Shown here: positions 29,349 through 39,154 of the stretch, one piece after another | Layout: each line of letters starts with the position of its first letter | How positions within the stretch are numbered: position 1 is the first letter of the stretch | NCBI GenBank assembly: GCA_043778225.1 | Contig: JAYWGM010000066.1 | Location: forward strand, 16,674-80,673 | Length of the DNA stretch: 64,000 bases | From: Deinococcales bacterium | GTDB taxonomy: Bacteria; Deinococcota; Deinococci; Deinococcales; JAAFIG01 | Reading direction: 5' to 3' | Program-made: the position numbers and the translations under genes | The notes under the pieces: model-generated | What the model was told of the DNA's origin: nothing | Database searches by the model: none | What the model saw: only the letters and a program-made list of their open reading frames with translations

Positions 29349-29948
29349 CTAACTCGAGAACCAGTCTATCGGGTCTTGGGGGAATGCCAGACAAGTTGCC
29401 AACTGCCCAGCTTTTAAGACAAAAGTGGTGCTGTACCTTGCGTCTTCGGGGTCGCGGTGAACCTCGAGTTGATTGGCTTGCATATTCAAAATCCAGTATT
29501 CGCCAATGCCATCTCGAGCATAAATCATGGCTTTCCATTCTCGGTCTTTTTGTAGGCTGGTATCCGAGACTTCGATCAGCAAATACACATCTTCGGGATG
29601 TGCGTATTGCCCAGCAGGACGGTCGCGTCTGACCAAGGCAAAATCTGGTTGGGGTCTGCCATCTTGGGGTAACTCTATTGAGTTTTGGCAAGAAATTTTG
29701 GCTCGAGCGCGAAACTGAGTCACGAGTCGTTCGTTCAAAGCATCCATTCGGTCAATATGGGCTGGTTTCATCTCTTCAATCTCCACTAAATGACCATCGA
29801 GCAGTTCAACTCGAGATTCATGGTCGATAACACCTGCATCAATCATCTGGTCAAACATCGCAGAACTGACATGAAACCAGTACGAGTCTGGTTTTTTTGC
29901 ACTCAAAACTGGTTGGGTTTCTTGGAGTCGTTCAAGTAAAGCCGTCAT
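29349..29948 (-). CDS. Uma2-family (PD-(D/E)xK) putative endonuclease
   Basis: VELLDG, PQPD, LLIEVSDTSL.KD..K..YA..GI.EYWI. Confidence 0.9.
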   Translation of the reverse strand: MTALLERLQETQPVLSAKKPDSYWFHVSSAMFDQMIDAGVIDHESRVELLDGHLVEIEEMKPAHIDRMDALNERLVTQFRARAKISCQNSIELPQDGRPQPDFALVRRDRPAGQYAHPEDVYLLIEVSDTSLQKDREWKAMIYARDGIGEYWILNMQANQLEVHRDPEDARYSTTFVLKAGQLATCLAFPQDPIDWFSS

Positions 29949-30532
29949 TTTTCACCGCCCAGGCTCGAGAACCAGTCAATTGGGTCTTGTGGAAATGCCA
30001 GACAAGTGGCGAGTTGCCCGATTTGCAGCGTAAAACTGGTCTGATAGCGCTCGTTTTTGGGGTCGCGGTAGACCTCGAGTTGGTTTTCTTCGAGGTTAAG
30101 AATCCAGTATTCGGTTATTTTATCTCGGGCATACAAAACCGACTTCATATGCCGGTCTTGGTACAGACTCGAGCCTGCCACTTCAATCAGCAAGTAAATA
30201 TCATCGGGCAGTGGCGATTGCTCAGCTGCCGCATTGCTGCGAATCAAAAATATATCGGGCAACGGACGACCATCTTGAGGTAGACGAATTGGGCTTTGCG
30301 AATAGACATCAGCTTGACTCGAGAAAATACCTTGCAAAAGGTCATAGAGACGCTTGATGCAATTGGCATGATTTTGTTTTATCTCGGGCAATTCTACAAT
30401 TTGTCCATCCAACAATTCGAGTCGGGCATCTTCGGGCAAAATACCAGTCTCAATCATCCGCTCAAACATCGTCAGAGAAAACCGCATGGTTTGCACCAGT
30501 GATTCAGAACGCTCGAGCAGGGCAGTCATCAC
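29945..30532 (-). CDS. Uma2-family putative endonuclease (tandem paralog)
   Basis: LELLDG, PLPD, LLIEVA.SSL..D..K..YA...I.EYWI. Confidence 0.9.
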   Translation of the reverse strand: MMTALLERSESLVQTMRFSLTMFERMIETGILPEDARLELLDGQIVELPEIKQNHANCIKRLYDLLQGIFSSQADVYSQSPIRLPQDGRPLPDIFLIRSNAAAEQSPLPDDIYLLIEVAGSSLYQDRHMKSVLYARDKITEYWILNLEENQLEVYRDPKNERYQTSFTLQIGQLATCLAFPQDPIDWFSSLGGEK

Positions 30533-30538
30533 CTTATT

Positions 30539-32590
30539 CTAGCGGATTTTTGTCAAAACACCAGCTTTTAAGTGGCTGACCTCGAGACTTCCCCAGGCTT
30601 CGGGGACAGCATCGCACTCGAGCGCCGCCCGTAAAAAAGCATAGGGCGCAGCCGCATCCCAAGCCTGTGGGTGACACGCCGCAGGATACGGCACGGGCGG
30701 ACTCGAGGGCAGCCCTTGGGTTTCTTCGCGCTTAAAGCCAGCAAAGAGTTCTGAAAGCCTTGCGTCGCCCGACAGGGCTGCCGCATCGAGTTGGGCAGCG
30801 ACCAAGGTACGGACTTCTTGCGTAAAGCCATAGTGGGCTAAACCCAAAGCTGTCAGGGCATTATCGTGACTCCAAACGCTGCCGTTGTGGTACGAAACAG
30901 GGTTATAGCGTGGCATTCCCTCGCCCAGAGTCCGAATTCCCCAACCACTCCAAAGCGCACTCGAGAACAGGGTTTTGGTTAAGTGCGGCGCGAGTTCGGG
31001 CGGCACAATACCAGCCCAAAGCGCATGACCAGGATTCGAGACCAAGACTCGAGCCGGACGTTTATCGGCATCCAAGGCATGGGCATACGTTTCTAAGTCG
31101 GGCAGCCAGAAGGCGGCATCAAATTTGGCTTTAAGCATTTCGGCTTTGGTGCTAAAAATTTCGGCTTGGTGATGGTTGCCAAGAGCGGCATAAATTTTAC
31201 TGGCACTGACATAAGCTCGGTAGGCATAGGCTTGGACTTCGATGACCGCCACGTTTTTGGTTAAATCAATGCCGTGTTCATCAAAGGTGCTGTCGCCAGA
31301 ATCTTTCCAGACCTGATTGGTAATTCCGCCCTTGTGCGGCGTGTACTCGATAAAACCATCTTGGTCTGGGTCGGCATCTTCTGATTGCATCCAGAGCAGG
31401 GCTGCCCGTAAATTTGGCTCGAGCTTTTGGACGGTCTCGAGGTCATGGGTATAAAAACGGTATTCCTCGAGTAAACAAATCCAGAGCGGGGTGGCATCGA
31501 CTGTGCCAAAATAACGCTCAAATGGAATTCGCCCAGTGCGAGCCGCTTCGCCGTTTCGTTCTTCGTGCAGGATTTTACCAGGGGCTTCTAGGTTTTTTGG
31601 GTTCAACTCCTGCCCTTGCTTGGCTGCCAAATACTGCAATGTGCCTTTGGCAATGCTTGGGTACCACGGCACGGTAAACAGACCAACAATAATTGGGTCG
31701 CGTCCAAATGGAGTCACAAACCACGGAATGCCAGCCGCCGGCAACGTGCCATGGGGGGTATCAAAAATAAGCGCCCGCAAATCTTCGCTTGAGCGGTCAA
31801 AAACCCGTTGCACCAAAGGATTACTTAAATAGACTGTGCTTTGTTTGCGCCACAAACGGTACTCCGCCTCGAGTTCGATTCGAGATTTGGCGGTTCTGGC
31901 TGCACCATCTTGGATTGGCGTGACCCGCACCGTTAAATCTAAACCCGCAGGTGGAATAACCCAATACAAGGCTCGAGCCGTCTGGGTATTGGGGGCAGCA
32001 TCAGCCGTGCCATCGCCGTGCGAATCGGTATCAAAGGTGATTGGATAGGTGCTATCGGCTGGCAACTCGACAAGCTCGAGTTGTCCCATTGGTTCAATTT
32101 CGATTTCCACGGCTCGAGCCACGCCGTCTTGTCCAGCGTATTCGTAGCGTAAGCCAGTCTCGAGTGGCGTAACCAACACATTTTTGGCAATTCTTGGCAA
32201 GCCACGCACTTCAAACAAATCCGAGAAGTCGGCATTTAGGCGCAACTCTATTCTTGTAATATCGGGCTGGGTTCTGCCCCAATACTCGTGTGCTTCGAGG
32301 TTATCAAACGCCCGTATCCGCACTGTTTCTTCGTAAGTTGACCCGGACAACCAACCCTTACGGCGAAACTCGAGCCGTTGGGTCGAGCCAAGCCCATGCT
32401 CGGTGGCGTGCTGCGAAAAGCGAAACGGCTCTGGCGTATGGGTAGAGAGTACGGTTGGTGACTGTCCGCCAATGCGCCACTCGAGATACGACAAAAAGCG
32501 CGTATCGCGGTCATACAGCCCAGTCTCGCCACCCGAGATTTGCCCGAGGGAATTCGCAACGAGGTACATGGTGTTTTCTTTTAAGCGCAT
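30539..32590 (-). CDS. Amylo-alpha-1,6-glucosidase / glycogen-debranching family protein
   Basis: DTRFLS N-domain, AGIPWF..FGRD, PGKILHE, WKDSGD, YHNGSVW.HDN, ACHPQAW. Confidence 0.9.
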   Translation of the reverse strand: MRLKENTMYLVANSLGQISGGETGLYDRDTRFLSYLEWRIGGQSPTVLSTHTPEPFRFSQHATEHGLGSTQRLEFRRKGWLSGSTYEETVRIRAFDNLEAHEYWGRTQPDITRIELRLNADFSDLFEVRGLPRIAKNVLVTPLETGLRYEYAGQDGVARAVEIEIEPMGQLELVELPADSTYPITFDTDSHGDGTADAAPNTQTARALYWVIPPAGLDLTVRVTPIQDGAARTAKSRIELEAEYRLWRKQSTVYLSNPLVQRVFDRSSEDLRALIFDTPHGTLPAAGIPWFVTPFGRDPIIVGLFTVPWYPSIAKGTLQYLAAKQGQELNPKNLEAPGKILHEERNGEAARTGRIPFERYFGTVDATPLWICLLEEYRFYTHDLETVQKLEPNLRAALLWMQSEDADPDQDGFIEYTPHKGGITNQVWKDSGDSTFDEHGIDLTKNVAVIEVQAYAYRAYVSASKIYAALGNHHQAEIFSTKAEMLKAKFDAAFWLPDLETYAHALDADKRPARVLVSNPGHALWAGIVPPELAPHLTKTLFSSALWSGWGIRTLGEGMPRYNPVSYHNGSVWSHDNALTALGLAHYGFTQEVRTLVAAQLDAAALSGDARLSELFAGFKREETQGLPSSPPVPYPAACHPQAWDAAAPYAFLRAALECDAVPEAWGSLEVSHLKAGVLTKIR

Positions 32591-32651
32591 CTCGAGAACT
32601 CCTTCGTACAAAAGCAGGGCGAGGCAAGCGACCTAAGCCCGTCAGGTGCTG

Positions 32652-32681
32652 CCGTAGGGTCAAGAAGCCCCGCCCCTACGG
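32652..32681 (-). repeat. GTAG-type REP-like palindrome
   Basis: Minus strand CCGTAGGGGCGGGGCTTCTTGACCCTACGG. Confidence 0.6.
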
Positions 32682-32689
32682 TTAAAAAA

Positions 32690-34147
32690 CTATTCTTTAC
32701 CACCCGATGTGGCAGCACTTGCCACAAAGTACCTTTGAAAAACACTAAAGAGAATAATGACTGGAATTGCCGAAACAATTGCCCCAGCCAGAATTAAACC
32801 ATAGTCGCCGGCAGGTCCGTAAATGCGGTTAAAGCTGTTTAAGCCAATTGGCAGGGTAAAGTTATCTTGCGGACTGGTCAGCACAATCAATGCCCAGAAA
32901 TACTGATTCCATGTGCCTTGGGCGGTCAGAATCGTCAGTGCGCCCAGTGCGGGTGCAGCCAGTGGCAAAATAACCAGCCAAAAGGTTTGAAAAGGCGTTG
33001 CCCCATCTATCTTGGCGGCTTCCTCGAGTTCCTTGGGTAGGGTTTCAAAAAATTGTTTCATAAAAAACACTTGCCCAGCCCCAATAAATGGCAGCACCAG
33101 CCAGACTCCAAGAAAGCTATTGAGTAAGCCCAAATCGCGCAGCACCAAATAATTACTGATAAAAAGCACTTGATTCGGCACAGTCATGACAAACAACATC
33201 AGCAAAAAAAGCAGATTTTTGCCCTGAAACTCGAGCCGCGCCATCGCATAACCCGCCATGCTTGCAAAAACCAAAGTCGAAATCGTGACCACAAAGACCA
33301 ATAAAAAGGTATTGAAAATCCAGCGTAAAAACAAGGGTTGCCCTGTGGTTTGACTGCGAGCCTCATCGAAAATCCGAAAGTAATTGCGAAAGGCATAATT
33401 GGCGAAACCAGGCGCAGCGTTGATAAACGACTGAATTTTTGGATACGCATATGGAAACTCTGCTGTAGCCGCTTGGATATTCTCGAGCCGCGAGGGGCTG
33501 AGGGTACTGCCATCGAACACATAACCGCGTGGTGACTCGAGGGTCATTGGGGTGCGTTCGATTTTTGGAGCAGGTTTAGCAGGGTCATCAACGTTTTTGG
33601 CATTGGCAGGATAGACCACTTTCCATTGGTAAGTAATGCGCTGTGCAAGTTTACCATCGCGCATTTTAGCAGCTTCGGTTTTACTGACTTTTAAGTCCTG
33701 AATCTGGGCGTAATCGGCAGCATAGACAAAGCCGCCCAGTGCCAACGCACCAGCACCCGGACGCAACCGAGGTACAACAACCGACAGGGCTTCTGGGGTT
33801 GCACCCTGTGCCAGAATACTTTCGGGTACAAGATAACTGGCACTGTAGGCAACATTGCGTCCGGGTGTCAAACCACCAATCCAAGGATTACCACTGCCAG
33901 ACGCACCCAAATTCCAAGCTGTGACCCAGTTGCGTGGCGAGACTTCCTCGAAGGCAATCCGAGGTGGGTACTCGAGCGGATCGGCTTTGAGGCTGGACAA
34001 CGCCGCCATTAAGAGTGGTGCCATAAAAGCGATTGCAAAAAACAGCAAGAGCGCATACAAAAGCGCCGCGTAGCTCCAGCGTCGCCGAGCCAGCCACGCC
34101 GCAGGAACTTCGACCCCGCGCACACGAACCGTTAAAGATTGGGTCAT
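32690..34147 (-). CDS. Carbohydrate ABC permease with large extracytoplasmic insertion
   Basis: ELEEAAKIDGA; about 200 aa hydrophilic segment after TM1. Confidence 0.9.
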   Translation of the reverse strand: MTQSLTVRVRGVEVPAAWLARRRWSYAALLYALLLFFAIAFMAPLLMAALSSLKADPLEYPPRIAFEEVSPRNWVTAWNLGASGSGNPWIGGLTPGRNVAYSASYLVPESILAQGATPEALSVVVPRLRPGAGALALGGFVYAADYAQIQDLKVSKTEAAKMRDGKLAQRITYQWKVVYPANAKNVDDPAKPAPKIERTPMTLESPRGYVFDGSTLSPSRLENIQAATAEFPYAYPKIQSFINAAPGFANYAFRNYFRIFDEARSQTTGQPLFLRWIFNTFLLVFVVTISTLVFASMAGYAMARLEFQGKNLLFLLMLFVMTVPNQVLFISNYLVLRDLGLLNSFLGVWLVLPFIGAGQVFFMKQFFETLPKELEEAAKIDGATPFQTFWLVILPLAAPALGALTILTAQGTWNQYFWALIVLTSPQDNFTLPIGLNSFNRIYGPAGDYGLILAGAIVSAIPVIILFSVFQRYFVASAATSGGKE

Positions 34148-35244
34148 TTTCCAGCCCCCTCGTCGGATACAAAGAATTTACGTTGAATTTGCACAACTGC
34201 CAAGGTTAAGGCTGCCAGAATCAGTGCGGCGGCACTGGCTAAACCAACTTGGGCTTCTGCACCACCCCTAAAAACATTGTTATAAACATAGTACGCCAAG
34301 GTAATTGTTCCCTCGAGCGGGGCTGTACCATCAAGCATCGCAGCTTGGTCAAACATTTGCAATGTGCCAATTAAAGAAATCGTGACCACATAAAACGTGA
34401 CGGGGCGCAGCATCGGTACAGTAATGTAAAGCATTTGTTCGACTGGGTTAGCCCCATCAATACTGGCGGCTTCGTAGACACTATGAGAAATACCCTGCAA
34501 GCCAGCCAAGAAGGTCAGCATCAGGGTCGGAATGGTGGTAAAGACATTCATCACAATAATTGAAAGTAACGGATACGGCACAATTCCCAGCCATTTATCT
34601 CTCGAGGAAAGCCAAACCAGTGGTTCGGCTTCGGCATTGCCGATGCTGACAATACCCATGCTGGCTAAAACATTGGTAATGATAAAAGCAGCGATTAAAG
34701 ACACCACCAACAGTGCAGGGTCTACCCACGTGGCAGGCAAGTTTCTTGACCGTTCAAACAGCACTTGGGCAACCTGAACCAGCGCCGCAATTCCCAGAAA
34801 CGCGACCACAAACCAAGCGTAATTACCAATAACCGCGCCAAGATAAGCAATTAAACCTGTGGGGCGAAACAACCAAATAAAAATCAGGGTCGTTACGGCG
34901 CTCGAGGCGATGCTTGGGAAATAGTAGGCAGTGCGAAAAAAACCAAGCCCAGCTAATTTTTGATTTAAGACCACCGCCAGTAACAATGCGCCAATGGTTT
35001 GTAGAATCGTGACCACAAAAGCAAAAATAAAGGTATTGGTAAAGGCAATCATAAACAAAGGGTCTTGCGGTAATTTAACAAAATTATCGAAACCCACAAA
35101 ATCATTTTTTTCAAATAAATTATAATTGGTAAAACTAAAACCGACAGTACGGGCAAAGGCGAAAGCAAAGAAAACAGCCAGTGCAACCAAGAACGGAAAC
35201 AAAAACCAAAAAGCAGTTAGATTTTCTCGAGTTTTCGGATTCAT
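34144..35244 (-). CDS. Carbohydrate ABC permease
   Basis: VYEAASIDGAN; extra TM pair. Confidence 0.9.
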   Translation of the reverse strand: MNPKTRENLTAFWFLFPFLVALAVFFAFAFARTVGFSFTNYNLFEKNDFVGFDNFVKLPQDPLFMIAFTNTFIFAFVVTILQTIGALLLAVVLNQKLAGLGFFRTAYYFPSIASSAVTTLIFIWLFRPTGLIAYLGAVIGNYAWFVVAFLGIAALVQVAQVLFERSRNLPATWVDPALLVVSLIAAFIITNVLASMGIVSIGNAEAEPLVWLSSRDKWLGIVPYPLLSIIVMNVFTTIPTLMLTFLAGLQGISHSVYEAASIDGANPVEQMLYITVPMLRPVTFYVVTISLIGTLQMFDQAAMLDGTAPLEGTITLAYYVYNNVFRGGAEAQVGLASAAALILAALTLAVVQIQRKFFVSDEGAGK

Positions 35245-35355
35245 ATACATCTCCCCTACAAAAGCAGTCGCGTTCTCCCAAACGAAGACTGCTTTTGTGG
35301 CATAGACTCGGTAAGTACCGAAATTCGACAGGCTCAAACCCCACTGGCTCGAGAC

Positions 35356-36597
35356 TTACTTACCCATCACGCGGTTGATTGCAGCTTGGGCATCACGCAC
35401 GCCTTGGTCAGCAGTCTTTTGACCATCCATAACAGCACTTAATGCGTCATTGATGCCGTTAAACCAATCGCCACCGAATTTATCAGGGGCAAACGGAACT
35501 GCGTTTCCTTCAGAAGCACCTTTGAAGATATTTTTAAAGGCGATATTTTCTACGCCAGTACCACTCAAGTATGGGTCGTCTTGCAGCGAAATGCGGCTTG
35601 GTAGTGCCAGACCACCACTCAAAACAAATTTTTGAGCTTCAAGACTGGTCAACACATTGAGGACTTTAATTGCGGCTGCTTTGTTCTTAGTACCATTGTT
35701 AATTGCCCATGCCACGGTATAAATTAAATTGCCGCGTTTACCCGAAATAGGGTCACGTGGGAGCAAGGTTGTACCATACTTGAGGTTTGGCGCTTGATCA
35801 CGCAAGAAGCCCAATGCCCAACCACCTTCAAAGGCAGTTGCAACTTTGCCACCCTTGATACAGTCGCCACCCCATCCAGCATTGACTTGACTGGGTTTAG
35901 CTGCCACACCTGATTTTACAAGGTCAGTGTAAAACTTAAAAGCTCGCTTAAAGTTATTATCCAAGATGGTGCGACCCGAGATGATTGGCTTCCAACCAGT
36001 GCTGGCAGCAAATGCGCCAAAGCGGTCATATGAGCTTGGGAAGCACGTACCATAATAGCCCTTGCCCAACGCTTTTTGTACAGCAGCTGTCTTGGTGCTG
36101 AAATCATTCCAAGTATCATTGGCATCTGGGTAGCTGACCTTGGCTTGGTCAAATAAATCTTTGTTGTAATACATCACCAAGGTATTGAAGTCCTTGGCGA
36201 TACCATACTGCTTGCCACCGCTTGAAAAGACGCTATTCAAGCTGGGTAAGAAATCTTTAAAGTTGACTAAACCGTTAAGCGGCATGATTTTACCGCTCGA
36301 GATTAAGCCTTTGGCTGCGAAGTCCTCTAAGTAAAACAAATCTGGCGCAGTGCCAGCCGAGAGTTGATTGACGATTGTTTTACCAAATTCTGCGGTTGGC
36401 ACGTACTTAACGGTAACGCCATCAGCCGCCAACTTTGGCGTAACAAACTTGGTGATTAAGTCGGCAACAAGGGCTGTGTCTGTTGGACCATCGTAACCAC
36501 CAATCGTAATGACGTTGGCTTGACCAGACACCAAGCTGCCTGCCAAAACTGCGGCAGCGCTGAGTGCCAAACTTGTGACCACTACACGTTTCTTCAT
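35356..36597 (-). CDS. Sugar ABC solute-binding protein
   Basis: Signal peptide, AGTAPDLFY, YGIAKDFNTL.YYNKDLFD. Confidence 0.92.
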   Translation of the reverse strand: MKKRVVVTSLALSAAAVLAGSLVSGQANVITIGGYDGPTDTALVADLITKFVTPKLAADGVTVKYVPTAEFGKTIVNQLSAGTAPDLFYLEDFAAKGLISSGKIMPLNGLVNFKDFLPSLNSVFSSGGKQYGIAKDFNTLVMYYNKDLFDQAKVSYPDANDTWNDFSTKTAAVQKALGKGYYGTCFPSSYDRFGAFAASTGWKPIISGRTILDNNFKRAFKFYTDLVKSGVAAKPSQVNAGWGGDCIKGGKVATAFEGGWALGFLRDQAPNLKYGTTLLPRDPISGKRGNLIYTVAWAINNGTKNKAAAIKVLNVLTSLEAQKFVLSGGLALPSRISLQDDPYLSGTGVENIAFKNIFKGASEGNAVPFAPDKFGGDWFNGINDALSAVMDGQKTADQGVRDAQAAINRVMGK

Positions 36598-36667
36598 AAC
36601 TCCTCCAAATAACACTGAGATAACGAAAACCGAACATCACCAATAAGAAAAAGGCTAAACTTAAACC

Positions 36668-37642
36668 TTAGGAAAAAGTCTCGAGCAAAGCAGCCGTTGA
36701 GTGCCGCACACATAAACTGGTTGCCACCAAAGCACTTGAAGCCGCTTTGCCACTCATGCGTTCGAGCAGCAATTCGGCAGCCCGTGTGCCAACTTCAAAA
36801 ATCGGTTGGCGGATGGTGGTTAAGCCCGCCCGTGCTGCGACTGGTAAATCATCAAAGCCAGTCACCGAAATATCCCACGGCACACGCTGTCCAGCATCCT
36901 CGAGCGCCGCGATTGCGCCAATCGCCATTTCGTCTGAAGCGGCAGCAATGGCACTAAATTTAAGTTTGGCTTCGATTGCTCGACGCACCGCACGGTAGCC
37001 ACCCAATTCGGTAAAATCGCCATCCCAAATCAGGTCTTTATGAACCTCGAGTTGCGCCAACTGCATGGCGGTGCAGTAGCCCTCGAGCCGTTGGACACTG
37101 GCTTGTCCGGTATACGCCCCAGACAAGTGAGCAATTTTTTTATGCCCAAGGTTGGTTAAGTGCTGCACGGCTGCCAATAACCCGCCGTGGTTGTCCACAT
37201 CCACCCAAGATTGACGTTCTAAACTGCGCCCAACCATTGCAAAAGGGGTTTTTAAGCGCTCGAGTTGGCTTGGGCGTGGGTCATCGAGATGCACCCCCAA
37301 AAGAATCAGTCCATCTAAATCGGTTGCCAACTGGTTATCGCGCTGAATCTGGGTGCTGTAGCCTTCGCTCGAAAGCCGTTCTTCGAGGGCATCGCGCAGG
37401 ATGCCGTAATACGTGCTGCCACGACGTTCGTCGCCATCCAGTGCTAAACCGATTACATGACGACCGCGCCGCGCCAACTGCCTTGCTCCGGGGTCTGGGA
37501 CATAACCAAGGCGTTCCACAACTCCAAGCACCAGTGTACGGGTTTGGGCATTGACCCCATCACGCCCGTTGAGGACTCGAGAAATTGTTCCTTTGGAGAC
37601 ACCCGCATTTCGGGCAACCTCTTGTATGGTCACTTTAGTCAT
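36668..37642 (-). CDS. LacI-family regulator
   Basis: TIQEVARNAGVSKGTISRVLN HTH. Confidence 0.95.
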   Translation of the reverse strand: MTKVTIQEVARNAGVSKGTISRVLNGRDGVNAQTRTLVLGVVERLGYVPDPGARQLARRGRHVIGLALDGDERRGSTYYGILRDALEERLSSEGYSTQIQRDNQLATDLDGLILLGVHLDDPRPSQLERLKTPFAMVGRSLERQSWVDVDNHGGLLAAVQHLTNLGHKKIAHLSGAYTGQASVQRLEGYCTAMQLAQLEVHKDLIWDGDFTELGGYRAVRRAIEAKLKFSAIAAASDEMAIGAIAALEDAGQRVPWDISVTGFDDLPVAARAGLTTIRQPIFEVGTRAAELLLERMSGKAASSALVATSLCVRHSTAALLETFS

Positions 37643-37670
37643 GACGAAGAAATCCTTATGTTTTGGTTTT

Positions 37671-37715
37671 TGTAACCGGTTTTATAAGATTAGTCGTCAG
37701 GACTGCAATTGTCAA
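37671..37715 (-). promoter_or_regulatory. Promoter plus LacI-type operator
   Basis: Minus strand TTGACA-N17-TAATCT followed by AAAACCGGTTACA. Confidence 0.7.
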
Positions 37716-37734
37716 GTCCAGTGCAAAAGTCTGT

Positions 37735-38241
37735 CTATTTTTTAGGACTGCGCCCTCGAGTTCCAAAGTCTATGGCTTCGACATTTTTTATCACCCCAGC
37801 CTCGAGACTCAGGCGCACCATCGTGCGCTTGGTATGCACCCCATGATGCCCCACTGCCCCCGGATTGATGTACAACACCCCGAACGCATCTCGGGCAATC
37901 TCTAGGATGTGCGAATGCCCACAAACCAAGAGTTTTGGGCGTTTGAGCGGTTGACGCAGCACCTCGAGAATTTCGGGGTTATAGCGCTTAGGATGCCCAA
38001 CAATATGGCGCATCCAGATTTGTACGCCAGCCCGTTCAAAAATTTGGTCTTCTGGGTACTCGAGTTTATTATCGACGTTGCCACTGACCGCCACAATTGG
38101 TTTTTTGAGGCTCGAGAGTTGGCGGATAACAGCAAAATCGCCAATATCGCCAGCGTGCCAGATTTCGTCGGCTTCTTGGCAATGTTCTACAATTTCGGAG
38201 TCGATAAAACCGTGGGTATCAGAAAGTAAGGCAATTCGCAT
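37735..38241 (-). CDS. YfcE-like metallophosphoesterase
   Basis: SDTHG, HAGD, GNVD, GHSH, NPG. Confidence 0.92.
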   Translation of the reverse strand: MRIALLSDTHGFIDSEIVEHCQEADEIWHAGDIGDFAVIRQLSSLKKPIVAVSGNVDNKLEYPEDQIFERAGVQIWMRHIVGHPKRYNPEILEVLRQPLKRPKLLVCGHSHILEIARDAFGVLYINPGAVGHHGVHTKRTMVRLSLEAGVIKNVEAIDFGTRGRSPKK

Positions 38242-38286
38242 TTCTCGAGTTTACAACTTGCACCCCATTGCAAAACAGCGTACTTT

Positions 38287-38526
38287 ATGGCTATGTCTAT
38301 GTTAATACCAGCTTCTGACCAAGCCCTAAGAATAGTTGATTCATACCGACGCTCTAAGCGGGTTTCTCGAGAAAAAGCCCTCGAGCAATTACTTTTACGC
38401 GCCGAAGAAACATTAGCAATTGAGAAAACGATTACAACGATTAAAAATCGTAATCGGTACATCAATAGCAGGCAGTTATTAGAGACACTACAAAACACCG
38501 TCCAAGAGAAAACACGCCTCAAATAG
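38287..38526 (+). CDS. Small hypothetical protein (possibly antitoxin/RHH-like)
   Basis: 79 aa basic helical ORF filling the intergenic gap. Confidence 0.5.
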   Translation: MAMSMLIPASDQALRIVDSYRRSKRVSREKALEQLLLRAEETLAIEKTITTIKNRNRYINSRQLLETLQNTVQEKTRLK

Positions 38527-38548
38527 ATTTTTACGTTACAATCCTTAC

Positions 38549-39151
38549 ATGGCAATCAATTACCCACTGACCGCAACTTTTAAGGTTCTCTCGCTTTCGC
38601 CCGAAGTGACGGTGCGCGACTCGAGCAACGCCCTGATGCTCCAAGTCAAACAAAAAGGCTTTACACTGCGCGAGGAAACCACGGTTTTTGCCGATGAAGC
38701 CAAAAAAGTCCCGTTGTATAAAATGATTGCCGACCGTGTAATCGGCTTTCGGGCAGTCCATAAAATTACAAGGCTTGCCGATAACGCACTGGTGGGCGCA
38801 GTCAAAGCGGCTGGTTTTCGTAGTTTGTGGCGCACCGAATATGCGATTACCGACTCGAGCGACCAACAAATTTTAACCGTGCGCGAAGAAAATCCGTGGA
38901 TTAAGGTGCTGGATAGCTTGGTGGACGAAATTCCATTGGTCGGTTTTATCATCGCTACTTTTATCAACCCGCGCTACCTGATGACCGACCAAAGCGGCAC
39001 ACTGTTGTACCGCATCACCAAAAAACGCAGTTTTCTCGAGAGCCGTTTTATCCTCGAGCAAATCGCCCCAGAAGCCGCCCAAGAACGCGATGAGCGACTG
39101 ATTGCACTGGCACTGATTCAGGTTATTTTCCTCGAGAAACATCGAGGTTAG
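38549..39151 (+). CDS. LURP-one/scramblase-like (Tubby C) protein
   Basis: VKQKGFTLREE..VFADE, GFRSLWRTEY, EENPWIKVLD; TACAAT-N6-ATG. Confidence 0.7.
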   Translation: MAINYPLTATFKVLSLSPEVTVRDSSNALMLQVKQKGFTLREETTVFADEAKKVPLYKMIADRVIGFRAVHKITRLADNALVGAVKAAGFRSLWRTEYAITDSSDQQILTVREENPWIKVLDSLVDEIPLVGFIIATFINPRYLMTDQSGTLLYRITKKRSFLESRFILEQIAPEAAQERDERLIALALIQVIFLEKHRG

Positions 39152-39154
39152 CGC

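Noticed and set aside
35325..35337. TTCGACAGGCTCA, resembling a half of another REP family
   Set aside because: Single short match without a complementary arm.
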